Positions 19,491-28,713 of a stretch of DNA of 64,000 nucleotides are shown here, piece by piece; the first letter of the stretch is position 1, and each line of letters opens with the position of its first letter. The position numbers and the translations under genes were made by a program. Source of the DNA: an uncultured Clostridia bacterium (GTDB lineage Bacteria; Bacillota; Clostridia; TANB77; CAG-508); contig CANRCM010000001.1 in assembly GCA_947629085.1 (NCBI GenBank), positions 8,059 through 72,058 of the forward strand, in the 5' to 3' direction. Below the pieces are notes generated by a model. It made no database searches. It had not been told where the DNA came from and worked only from the letters and a program-made list of their open reading frames with translations.

Positions 19491-21140
19491 TTAGAAAATC
19501 AATAATTTTTTATTTAATTCATCTAAAGTAGTAAGTCCCTTTAATACTTTATTTATTCCATCTACAACTAATGGCTTATATCCTTGTTTTAATGCTTCGT
19601 CTCTTATTTCCATACTTGATTTACCGTTTACGATTTGTGTTTTTATTTCATCTGTTATATCCATTACTTCAAAAATTCCTATTCTGTCATAATATCCTGT
19701 ATTATTACAATGTTTACATCCCACTGCATCATAGGTTTTTATATTTAGATCAAAATCAACATTATATTTTTCTCCTATTGATTCGATTATTTCTTTTTCT
19801 TCTTTAGTAAAATCTCTTCCTTTTTTACATTCTGGGCAAAGTTTTCTTACTAATCTTTGTGATATTGACGTAGCTAAAGTACTTGATATATCATAATCTG
19901 AAATACCCATTTTTCTTAATCTTGTTATCACTTCTACACTATCTATTGTATGAATTGTAGATAATACATAATGACCTGTTTGTCCAGCTTGTATTGCTAT
20001 TTCTCCTGTTTCATAATCTCTTATCTCTCCCACTAATATTACGTCAGGATCTTGTCTTAAAACTGTTCTTAATGCACTTGAGAATGATGATTTATTATCT
20101 ATTTCTATTTGATTTAATCCCTCTATTCTTATTTCTACAGGATCTTCTATTGTTGTTATATTAATTTCTGATCTATTTAGATAATCTATTATACTGTATA
20201 GAGAAGTAGTTTTACCTTCTCCTGTAGGTGCAGCAATAATAGTAATACTATTTTTTTTGTTTATACTTCTCTTTAGATCATCTTCTGTTCCTGGAAATCC
20301 TAATTCAAATATATTTCTTATATCAGCATTCTTTTTCAATAATCTTAAAACAAATTTTTCTCCATAGATATTTGGTTGTGAAGATACACGAATATTATAA
20401 TCATCATAAAGTAGTATTCTTCCATCTTGTGATTCTTGTTTTTCTTGATGCATATTAGATATCGCTTTTAATCTCCCTATAATTTGAGTTTGCTTTTCTT
20501 TACTTATATTAGCTGCTGTAAACAATTCTCCATCTATTCTGTATCTAACTCTTAATTTATCCTTCATTGGTTCAATATGAATATCACTTGCACGTCTTTC
20601 CATACCTGTTTTTATTATACTGTCTACCAAATTTGTTGCTGTATCACTTCCAGCAACATTTAAATTTCTTGTTGCACTTCCTTCCAAAGATTTTAAAATT
20701 CGATCTATATCGCTTTCAAAAGTTATATAGCTATCCATTATTAAACCTTTGTTTAATAATAATAACCTTATCGAATCCATTGATTTTGTATTTACTGTAT
20801 TAGCAAAACACACTTTTATTCTTCCTGAATAAACTTCAAATGGTATCGCTTTATTTTTCTTTGCAACATCTAAGGATATATAATCTGTTAATTTTAATTT
20901 TATTGTTCTACTATTTAGTATAATTCCTTTTATTCCTATAATCTCTCCTATTGCTTCTATTAATTTATCTGGATCAGCTGCATTTAATATATATAAAATA
21001 TCTCCTAGTTTTTTATTTGGATGTTGTTTTTGATAATTTAATGCTTTTTCTATATCTTCTTCATTTACAATTCCTCTTTTTACTAATTCAACACCTATAG
21101 GTTGTCTTTTTTTCATTTCCATAAGTTTTCTTCCTTTCAT
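19491..21140 (-). CDS. pilB: type IV pilus assembly ATPase (GspE/PilB family)
   Basis: N-terminal GspII_E_N-like domain, Walker A 'APTGEGKTTS', 'GEIRD', and the tetracysteine 'CPECKK...CKHCNNTGY' motif. Confidence 0.9.
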   Translation of the reverse strand: MKGRKLMEMKKRQPIGVELVKRGIVNEEDIEKALNYQKQHPNKKLGDILYILNAADPDKLIEAIGEIIGIKGIILNSRTIKLKLTDYISLDVAKKNKAIPFEVYSGRIKVCFANTVNTKSMDSIRLLLLNKGLIMDSYITFESDIDRILKSLEGSATRNLNVAGSDTATNLVDSIIKTGMERRASDIHIEPMKDKLRVRYRIDGELFTAANISKEKQTQIIGRLKAISNMHQEKQESQDGRILLYDDYNIRVSSQPNIYGEKFVLRLLKKNADIRNIFELGFPGTEDDLKRSINKKNSITIIAAPTGEGKTTSLYSIIDYLNRSEINITTIEDPVEIRIEGLNQIEIDNKSSFSSALRTVLRQDPDVILVGEIRDYETGEIAIQAGQTGHYVLSTIHTIDSVEVITRLRKMGISDYDISSTLATSISQRLVRKLCPECKKGRDFTKEEKEIIESIGEKYNVDFDLNIKTYDAVGCKHCNNTGYYDRIGIFEVMDITDEIKTQIVNGKSSMEIRDEALKQGYKPLVVDGINKVLKGLTTLDELNKKLLIF

Positions 21141-21158
21141 AAAAACTTCTCTAATTAT

Positions 21159-21671
21159 TTAATTATTTAAAGTATATGAGTATGTTTGATTTTTGTCTCC
21201 AATTGTTATTTCTATATTAACCTTAATTTTGTTATTTTCAATTAATTCTTGTGAAAATTTACAATTTTCGACTCCTCTACAAATCTTCATTGTTGCTCTG
21301 TTTTCATCTTCATCTTTACCGATATCTCTATAAATTGATTTATCATTTTCAACATAAATATATTTTATATATTTCATACTATCTTCATTTTCTAAATTAA
21401 CGTTATTTAGTGTAATATATTCATATTCATTATTTTGTCCTTCTATTGTCTTTTCACCTATATCTTGAAGTTTTATATTTGAATTATTTATATCTTGTGA
21501 AAAATAACTATTAAAACTTGTAAATTCTGTAAGTGGCTCTATATCGTTTTGCGTATCCTTTACATTTTTATAGAAAAAGGTAGTAACTGTTGCTAGAATT
21601 GCTATTATAAATGTTAGTGAAATTATATATATAGTTAATGATATAAGTGTTATACCTTTTTGATCCTTCAT
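21159..21671 (-). CDS. minor pilin-like protein
   Basis: N-terminus 'MKDQKG|ITLISLTIYIISLTFII' (prepilin-like, Ser at +5). It lies inside the pil operon. Confidence 0.55.
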   Translation of the reverse strand: MKDQKGITLISLTIYIISLTFIIAILATVTTFFYKNVKDTQNDIEPLTEFTSFNSYFSQDINNSNIKLQDIGEKTIEGQNNEYEYITLNNVNLENEDSMKYIKYIYVENDKSIYRDIGKDEDENRATMKICRGVENCKFSQELIENNKIKVNIEITIGDKNQTYSYTLNN

Positions 21672-21672
21672 T

Positions 21673-22071
21673 TTAAAACTCCTTTACTAATATTGTTGAT
21701 AATTCAATTTTTTCTTCTTTGTTTTTAAATTTATATGATATTGTCACTATAGCTTTTTTTACTAAATTATCTTTTCTTAATTGATTATCTTCAAAATTTA
21801 TAATATCTGTAGCATCTGTTACTTCAACTTTCTGATAAAATCCCTGATGGCCATTTAATTCTCTTCCTTCTTCGTTTACTTGTTCAATACCTTTAGATTT
21901 TATTTCTTCTATTTTATTTATTGCTATATCTAATGCTTCTGATTTTAGTTCTATCTCTTTTGTAGAACTATTAAATCTATATGTTATTACAGTTATAAGA
22001 GATATAAATATTGTTATAACAACAATTGAAATTGCTATATCTACTCCCGTATAACCTTTTTCGCTTTTCAT
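21673..22071 (-). CDS. minor pilin-like protein
   Basis: Probable start at 'MKSEKG|YTGVDIAISIVVITIF' (Asp at +5). The ORF-track start at 22098 is also possible. Confidence 0.5.
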   Translation of the reverse strand: MKSEKGYTGVDIAISIVVITIFISLITVITYRFNSSTKEIELKSEALDIAINKIEEIKSKGIEQVNEEGRELNGHQGFYQKVEVTDATDIINFEDNQLRKDNLVKKAIVTISYKFKNKEEKIELSTILVKEF

Positions 22072-22127
22072 AGTTATAATCATTCCTTCCTTTATCACTA
22101 ATAAAATTAAATTTATATCAAACTTTT

Positions 22128-22946
22128 CTATATCATTAATTTTAAATATAAAAGTACTACCAATATAACTAAAATATTAGATATTCCAAGATAAAATCCT
22201 ATAGGCATTTCTTTTGACTTTTTTATATCTATTTTTACATTTTTTCTCTTTTTTTTGTTTTTTATTTTGTATAATAATAAATACATAACAATTACTAAAA
22301 GTGAGTATATAATTGAACTTATGGTTATATACTCTCCTGTCATTATTGCCATTGTGATTATACTAAGTAAAATTCCATTTACATATGGACTTTTTGCATA
22401 TTTTTTTAAAGTTACTGTATCTAATGTTAAAATTAATATGTATAACACTAAATATATACTATATCTATATATATTAGCTTTTTCTACTATGCATAGATAT
22501 AGCATATACATTATAGATATTACAATTCCATAAATATTTACAGCTTTATCAATTTTTTTGTTTTCTAAATCTATTCCTATCATTAATATAATAAATGTCA
22601 AATATAAAATCATAAAACAATATTCTATAATTTTAAATACTTCTAAATGTTTTATACTTAACCCCATTAAATAGGCAAGCGCAACGAAAAGTATTCCAGA
22701 TAAAACTTCTAATATTAAATATCTTGGTCTTATTTTTTCTTTACAATATCTGCATTTACCACCTAAAAATATATAGCTAAAAATTGGAAACAAATCTAAA
22801 AAGCCTAATTTATGATTACAATTAGGACAATACGAATGTTTTAATAATATATCTTCTCTTTTCGGTATTCTATATACAGCAAGTGTATAGAAGCTTCCAA
22901 AAAAAGTGCCTATTATAAATATTATTGTGTAAAAAAATGTTTCCAT
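22128..22946 (-). CDS. pilD: prepilin peptidase (A24 family), divergent
   Basis: N-terminal 'CPNCNHKLGFLDLFPIFSY...GGKCRYCKEKI' zinc-binding module and 'IGIDLENKKID' first Asp region. The second motif appears only as 'LTLDTVTLKK'; no GxGD(V/I)KL is recognisable. Confidence 0.75.
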   Translation of the reverse strand: METFFYTIIFIIGTFFGSFYTLAVYRIPKREDILLKHSYCPNCNHKLGFLDLFPIFSYIFLGGKCRYCKEKIRPRYLILEVLSGILFVALAYLMGLSIKHLEVFKIIEYCFMILYLTFIILMIGIDLENKKIDKAVNIYGIVISIMYMLYLCIVEKANIYRYSIYLVLYILILTLDTVTLKKYAKSPYVNGILLSIITMAIMTGEYITISSIIYSLLVIVMYLLLYKIKNKKKRKNVKIDIKKSKEMPIGFYLGISNILVILVVLLYLKLMI

Positions 22947-22968
22947 AACTTTTTCCTTTTTAAATTTT

Positions 22969-22998
22969 AGCCATACACACTTAGTGTGCGTATGGCTT
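22969..22998 (-). other. GC-containing hairpin between pilA and pilD (partial terminator or mRNA stabiliser)
   Basis: Stem AGCCATACACAC / GTGTGCGTATGGCT. There is no clear U-run on the minus strand. Confidence 0.4.
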
Positions 22999-23031
22999 AA
23001 TTTTATCTTTGATTTTTATATTTAATATTTT

Positions 23032-23463
23032 TTAATCAGTTACTTGAAGAGTTGGTCCTGTTATAGAACCAGTCTCACTATCAACTGTCCAATCATATTT
23101 TTTATCTTCTTTATAAGTAAATGTTACTTTAACGTCACTATCGCTTGTTGTTGTAATTGAATAGTCTTCTCCTTTTATTTTAGAATTGTTATCTTCCATT
23201 GCACTTTTTACATTTTCGGCTGTTATTGTATTAAGAGTCCCTTCTGTGTATGTTGGATCCATTTTATTTGCTAATATTTCATCTAAACCTAATTTAAGTG
23301 CTTCATCAACATCAGCTACTGCTCTTTTTTCTCTAGCATCACTAGCCTTTGTTAATATACCATTTTCTCCTGTTAACATAGCTATTGATACACCAGCTAA
23401 TATTAATAGTACTATAATTGTAATTACTAATGCGATTAATGTTATACCTTTTTGATTTTTCAT
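23032..23463 (-). CDS. pilA: candidate major type IV pilin
   Basis: 143 aa. N-terminus 'MKNQKG|ITLIALVITIIVLLILAGV' followed by 'LTGENGILTKASDA', with a small globular C-terminus. A strong RBS and a downstream hairpin are present. Confidence 0.75.
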   Translation of the reverse strand: MKNQKGITLIALVITIIVLLILAGVSIAMLTGENGILTKASDAREKRAVADVDEALKLGLDEILANKMDPTYTEGTLNTITAENVKSAMEDNNSKIKGEDYSITTTSDSDVKVTFTYKEDKKYDWTVDSETGSITGPTLQVTD

Positions 23464-23542
23464 TTGTTTTACCCCCTTTCTTTTGTAATAAATATATAAT
23501 GTTATATATTTATAAAAATATAAATATAACCTTAATAACTAA

Positions 23543-24028
23543 TTATTTTATTCCTTTATCTTGGAAAAATTGTCCTCCAGATGTGTTTGAACTTGTTGTA
23601 CTTTCAGAAGAACTTGATCCTGTAGAAGTGCTTCCACTTGTCGTACTACCTGATGAAGTCGAATTACTTACTTGTGATGAATTTCCAGCACTTGATGATG
23701 CCTTGTCTGATGTACTTTGTCCATTTACTTGAGTATTTTTTTCATATGAAGAAAATGGATTTGCTTTTCCTGGTTTATAATTTTGTACTCTTTTATAATT
23801 GTTTAGATCATCTCCATTAACTTCATAAGTCATTATAATTTGGCTATCATCCAATTCTCCTGCTTCTAACAATTCTTCTTTCACTTCTTCTGGAGTTGTA
23901 TATGCTACTTGAGCAGGAACTGTTTTCGATATAGGTACATATTCGTATAATACAATTCCAAGCACAAGTATTATAGCTAAAAACAATAGTAATATAATAC
24001 TAATTTCTTTCAAAATTGATTTTGTCAT
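23543..24028 (-). CDS. single-pass membrane protein with a Ser/Thr/Gly-rich C-terminal tail (pilus-locus accessory protein)
   Basis: An N-terminal TM helix, then a low-complexity 'SSSAGNSSQVSNSTSSGSTTSGSTSTGSSSSESTTSS' segment. No family was recognised. Confidence 0.5.
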   Translation of the reverse strand: MTKSILKEISIILLLFLAIILVLGIVLYEYVPISKTVPAQVAYTTPEEVKEELLEAGELDDSQIIMTYEVNGDDLNNYKRVQNYKPGKANPFSSYEKNTQVNGQSTSDKASSSAGNSSQVSNSTSSGSTTSGSTSTGSSSSESTTSSNTSGGQFFQDKGIK

Positions 24029-24042
24029 TTTAAAATTCCTTT

Positions 24043-24765
24043 CTACTGTGCAACATTTGTATTTGTTGCATTTTTATTAACTGTGTTTTTTGTATTTGTC
24101 GTACTGTTTGAGTTTGTTGTATTATTTGTACTATTTGTATCTTGAATATTTTCTGTATTAATATTTTCTGGTGTTGTATTAGAAATATCTTTTATAGCAA
24201 TTTCTTTGCATGTAAAAGTTGCTTGTAACTCAGTATCACCATTTGAAGGAATCATTTTAAATTCTTCTATTTTAAATCCTAATGTGCTATCGTTTTCAAT
24301 ATCAGATATAAAATCTGTTATTGAAATATAGGTGCCTGTGACTGTAAATTTCAAATCGTATATTCCCTCACCTTTTGATGCGGATTTTACAACATCCATT
24401 TTTATTACTGCACCTTCACTTGTTGCATGATTTCCTAATTTTACCCATAAGGTCTCTATTTCGTATTTTTCTATTTGCCCTGTAGTTTGAGTTTGCCCAT
24501 CAGCTGATGTAATCATGCTTTCATAATTATTCTTGTCTTCTACTAATTTTTTTGTATTTGATTGTACATCACTTACTAATTGCTTGTAATCTTTTTCTGC
24601 AAGTTTTCCTGCCTCTTGTATTTTTTGATCTAAAGCTTCTGTTTCTGATTTTATTCCTAATATTCCTAATACCTTAAAATTTCCAAGTCCTATTCCTCTA
24701 ATCATAAGTAAACCTGAAAGTAATACTAATAAAACTATAAGGACTGATATCAATAATTTTTTCAT
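24043..24765 (-). CDS. PilO-like pilus assembly protein with an Asn/Thr-rich tail
   Basis: N-terminal TM helix, a coiled-coil and a beta-rich domain, positioned after pilM/N. The assignment rests on architecture and position only. Confidence 0.5.
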   Translation of the reverse strand: MKKLLISVLIVLLVLLSGLLMIRGIGLGNFKVLGILGIKSETEALDQKIQEAGKLAEKDYKQLVSDVQSNTKKLVEDKNNYESMITSADGQTQTTGQIEKYEIETLWVKLGNHATSEGAVIKMDVVKSASKGEGIYDLKFTVTGTYISITDFISDIENDSTLGFKIEEFKMIPSNGDTELQATFTCKEIAIKDISNTTPENINTENIQDTNSTNNTTNSNSTTNTKNTVNKNATNTNVAQ

Positions 24766-26381
24766 GGTAAATCTCCTTCTATTTTTACTGTAACATTATT
24801 ATTATCTTTTTGACCTGCTGTTGAAATAACATTTGTTAATATTACATCTGTTTTTATTTTAGCTTTTAAATAACCTAATTGTTCATATTTATTAGATTGT
24901 GCATTAATAACAATATGAGTATCTGTTGTATTTTCAATAGAAGTTAATTGAACATTTTCTGGTATTATTGACATTATTTGATTCAATAAATTAGGAATAG
25001 CATTTCTTGTTTTGTTTCTTTCTAATAATTTATCATTATTTTCTTCTAAATTTTTAATTAATGTTTCATAATCATTTATTTTAGTTTTAATTTTTTCATT
25101 ATCTTGATTTGCTAATGCAATTTGACTATTTGTTTGATTTATAGATTCTTGTGCTTCACTTTGTTTTTTATTTATTTGTGTTCTTAACAAAGAAGAAAAT
25201 CCTGTATATACAATAATTAGTAGTAGTAATCCTATTGCTCCTCTTAATAGATTCTTTTCTACATTATCTAACTTTTGATTTAAATCCCATGTTAATAAAT
25301 TGCTATGATCTTTTCTTTCTTTTGATTTTTTTCCTATTTTAATATCTTGCTTCAAGAAATCTGGTAATAAATCTATTAATGTTTGCTTCTTAAAGTTCAT
25401 TCCTGTTATACCTTCTCCTAGTCCCATTAACCCAATAGAAATAGCAGAGTTGACTTCTATATAATCTTTAATACTTAAATCTTTTACTTTATTTATAAAA
25501 TACGGTTTTAATATTTCACACGTTGTATCTGGTAAATATTCTTGGAAATATAAATCAACATTATTTATTAAAGCCCCTGTACCTGTAATATATACTTTTT
25601 CAAATCTTTCTGTATAATTACCCATTATTTTTTTTACATTTTCTACTATATCAAATAATGTAGGCATTATATCTTCTAAATATGTTGTTTCATCATTTTG
25701 TAACTCTTTTCCTTCTGAAGTATATATTGTTGTATCTTTACAAATTTCATAAGATTTTGCATATGAATTTTCTTTTAAATTTATTTTTGTTAATATGTCT
25801 AGACTTCCTTCATCTAACAAATCTACATTATATATTTTATTTCCTAAAATAGTAGTAATTGTTGTTTTTTCTTCTATATTAACAATAATACAATTTGTAT
25901 CTTTATTTATTTTAACTAAATTAGGGATTGACATAGAAATAGGCGATACATTAACTAGTTTATATCCATCTATTTCTTGCATTCTTTTATTTAGTTCTAT
26001 TTTATTTTCTGCAATGTGTATAATTTTAATTTTTTGTTTATCTGTTGGATTTTCTGTAACAGCATATCTTACTTCAAAAGCATTAGGATTGTATTCTTTT
26101 TCTGTACAATAAGAATCAAATTCTGTTTTTATAGCTTTTTGTAAGTCACTTTTTGTAAGCAAAGAAAACATATCAAAATAATTGTACATTTCTTCTGATA
26201 TATTTATACTAATTGGTATCTTTTGACTGTATGTTTCCTTTATAATTTGTGAAATTGCATCATTAATTTTATCATAAAATTTAACACCAAATGCTTCTAC
26301 TTTTATATTATCACGTTCTTTTGTAACTTTCGCATATTTAATTAGATGTTCTTCTATATATAGTCCTAAACAACTTGACAT
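24762..26381 (-). CDS. pilM: PilM-PilN fusion protein (actin-like ATPase domain + TM + coiled-coil/PilN-like domain)
   Basis: The ~330-aa N-terminal part is PilM-like. It is followed by the TM helix 'LLRGAIGLLLLIIVYTGFSSLL' and a PilN-like C-terminal part. Confidence 0.7.
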   Translation of the reverse strand: MSSCLGLYIEEHLIKYAKVTKERDNIKVEAFGVKFYDKINDAISQIIKETYSQKIPISINISEEMYNYFDMFSLLTKSDLQKAIKTEFDSYCTEKEYNPNAFEVRYAVTENPTDKQKIKIIHIAENKIELNKRMQEIDGYKLVNVSPISMSIPNLVKINKDTNCIIVNIEEKTTITTILGNKIYNVDLLDEGSLDILTKINLKENSYAKSYEICKDTTIYTSEGKELQNDETTYLEDIMPTLFDIVENVKKIMGNYTERFEKVYITGTGALINNVDLYFQEYLPDTTCEILKPYFINKVKDLSIKDYIEVNSAISIGLMGLGEGITGMNFKKQTLIDLLPDFLKQDIKIGKKSKERKDHSNLLTWDLNQKLDNVEKNLLRGAIGLLLLIIVYTGFSSLLRTQINKKQSEAQESINQTNSQIALANQDNEKIKTKINDYETLIKNLEENNDKLLERNKTRNAIPNLLNQIMSIIPENVQLTSIENTTDTHIVINAQSNKYEQLGYLKAKIKTDVILTNVISTAGQKDNNNVTVKIEGDLP

Positions 26382-26504
26382 GCTTTTCTCCTTTTTATAC
26401 TATTCTTAAAATATTATTTACAATATACTATTATTTTATATTTATTTTCTAAAAAGTCAATATGTTTAATATAACCGTAATATAAATGTAATATTTCTGT
26501 AATA

Positions 26505-27872
26505 TTATTGTTTTTTTAGCAATTTACAAATAAAAAATCCATCAGTTTTTTCATTTTGATATACTTGTAAAAATTTATTGTCTACTATATATTTTTCAAA
26601 ATAATTTTCTTCTTCATTTTTATTATGTGTAAATTTTATCTTTTGTATTTCAAAATTTTTATTTTCTTTTAAAAATTTAAAAACTATATCTCTATTTTCT
26701 ACATTAAAAATACTGCAAGTCGAATATACTAACTCTCCCCCTGGTTTTAAATATTTTGAACATATATTTAAAATTTCATATTGTATTTTTGTAATTTCTT
26801 CTATATCATCTTCTTTTCTTTGCCATTTTATATCTGGTTTTCTTTTTAAGACTCCTAGTCCCAAACAAGGAACATCTAATAAAATTTTATCAAATTTTTC
26901 GAAATATTCTTCTTTATATTTTGTGGCATCTTGTACTTTAGTATTTATAGATTTAATTCCTAATCTTTTTACATTTTGTTCTACTAATTTTACTCTATTT
27001 TCATGCACATCCCATGCTTCTATAGTACAATTATTCTTCACAATTTCTGCAATATATGTTGTTTTTCCTCCTGGGCTACTACAAGCATCTAATATATTAT
27101 CTCCTTTTTTAGGATTTAATATTAAAGCAGTTAATCCAGCTACTTCATCCTGAACAGTAAATAATCCTTTTCCAAATTCCTTAATATCTTCTATGCTCTT
27201 TGCTTTTTCTAAAATTAGAAAATCATTTAATATTCCATTCTTTGTTATAATTTCTTTATCTTTTAAAATTTTTCTTAGTTCTTCTTTGGTCGTTTTTAAT
27301 GTATTTACTCTTATAGATACTTTGGGTGTTATATTAGAATTTCTACAAATATATCCTATTTTTTCCATTGGAATGTTTTCTCGTTGTAATTCTTCTATAA
27401 TCCATTCAGGAATAGATGTTGTTTTGCTAATTCTCTCTTTTAAATTTTCTATTTTAAATAAATCTTCATAATCTTTTTTACTTACTTTTCTTAAAATAGC
27501 ATTAACAAATCCACTACTACTTTTATGTCCATATCTTTTAGATAAATTTACTCCTTCATTTACTGCAGCTGATTTTGGAATTTTATCTAGAAATATGATT
27601 TGATAAATTGATATTCTTAAAATATTTAAAATCCATGGGGAAATTTTTTTTAATTTTATTTTTGAATATTTTTTTATTATTTCATCTAATGTTAATTTCC
27701 ATGTGATTACTCCATAAACTATTTCTGAAATCAATCCAATATCTTTTTGCGTTAATTTTAATTTTTCTTTATTTTGCTTTAGCATTTCATTTAATGCAAT
27801 ATTAGAATATGCATTTTTTAAATCTATTTTATATATTATTTTTAAAGCTAATTCTCTTACTTTATCTACCAT
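26505..27872 (-). CDS. rsmB: 16S rRNA (cytosine967-C5)-methyltransferase
   Basis: N-terminal NusB-like domain, SAM-binding 'ILDACSSPGGKT', and catalytic 'LLDVPCLGLGVLKRKPD' and 'YSTCS' motifs. Confidence 0.85.
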   Translation of the reverse strand: MVDKVRELALKIIYKIDLKNAYSNIALNEMLKQNKEKLKLTQKDIGLISEIVYGVITWKLTLDEIIKKYSKIKLKKISPWILNILRISIYQIIFLDKIPKSAAVNEGVNLSKRYGHKSSSGFVNAILRKVSKKDYEDLFKIENLKERISKTTSIPEWIIEELQRENIPMEKIGYICRNSNITPKVSIRVNTLKTTKEELRKILKDKEIITKNGILNDFLILEKAKSIEDIKEFGKGLFTVQDEVAGLTALILNPKKGDNILDACSSPGGKTTYIAEIVKNNCTIEAWDVHENRVKLVEQNVKRLGIKSINTKVQDATKYKEEYFEKFDKILLDVPCLGLGVLKRKPDIKWQRKEDDIEEITKIQYEILNICSKYLKPGGELVYSTCSIFNVENRDIVFKFLKENKNFEIQKIKFTHNKNEEENYFEKYIVDNKFLQVYQNEKTDGFFICKLLKKQ

Positions 27873-28000
27873 TATTTTTACCTCTATTTTATTTTTATTT
27901 TTTATGATTATATATTTTTTTAATTATATTTTCTACTATTTTTGTATATTTTTTTATATTTGGGAAAAAATACTATCAAAAGTTTTTCTGGAGGTTAAAT

Positions 28001-28219
28001 ATGGATATAAAAAAGCATTTAATTATCACTGGAAACTCTACAGTTTCTTGGAAGGATGCAATTGTTAAAGCAATAGAAGAAGCTTCAAAAACAATCGATT
28101 ATTTATATGATGTAAAAATCATTGAACAAAGAGCAAGTATTGATGGAAATAAAATTTCTGAATATTTTGTAGATTTAGATTTAAGTTTTGTAGTAGATTT
28201 AAATCGTAAAGATAGCTAA
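28001..28219 (+). CDS. dodecin-family small protein
   Basis: 72 aa. The 'ITGNSTVSWKDAIVKAIEEASKTI...' pattern resembles dodecin. Confidence 0.55.
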   Translation: MDIKKHLIITGNSTVSWKDAIVKAIEEASKTIDYLYDVKIIEQRASIDGNKISEYFVDLDLSFVVDLNRKDS

Positions 28220-28233
28220 GGAGGTTGATATTT

Positions 28234-28698
28234 ATGAATCCAATAGAAACGCCAAAAACATATCAAGACTATGTAGATAAAAAGTCTCCTAATTCTCCAA
28301 TAATAAAAAATTGTTTTAATGCATTTTGGGTTGGCGGATTAATATGTTCAATTGGTCAAATCATTCTTAATATTTGTAAAGAAAGAGGCTTTGATACTCA
28401 AATTTCTGGTACTATTGTATCTATTTTGCTAATTGGTATTTCTGCATTTCTAACAGGTTTAAATTTATTTAATAAGATTGGAAAATTTGCAGGAGCTGGT
28501 TCTTTAATTCCTATTACTGGTTTTGCAAATTCAATTGTTTCACCAGCTATGGAATATAAATCTGAAGGTTATGTAATGGGTGTTGGTGGAAAAATGTTCA
28601 CAGTTGCTGGCCCTGTTCTTGTTTTTGGAATTTCCACTTCGATTATTGTAGGAATTGTTTATTTGATATTTAACACTCAATCAATTACTTTAGTTTAA
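28234..28698 (+). CDS. spoVAC: stage V sporulation protein AC
   Basis: The ATG at 28234 lies behind AAGGAGG. Membrane protein with 'GAGSLIPITGFANS'. Confidence 0.85.
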   Translation: MNPIETPKTYQDYVDKKSPNSPIIKNCFNAFWVGGLICSIGQIILNICKERGFDTQISGTIVSILLIGISAFLTGLNLFNKIGKFAGAGSLIPITGFANSIVSPAMEYKSEGYVMGVGGKMFTVAGPVLVFGISTSIIVGIVYLIFNTQSITLV

Positions 28699-28713
28699 AT
28701 AGGAGATGATTTT

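Noticed and set aside
27901-28000. Forespore (sigma-F/G) promoter upstream of the dodecin-spoVA operon ('GTATA...GGGAAAAAATACTA').
   Set aside because: Spacing and matches to either consensus are ambiguous by eye. This is not solid enough to call.
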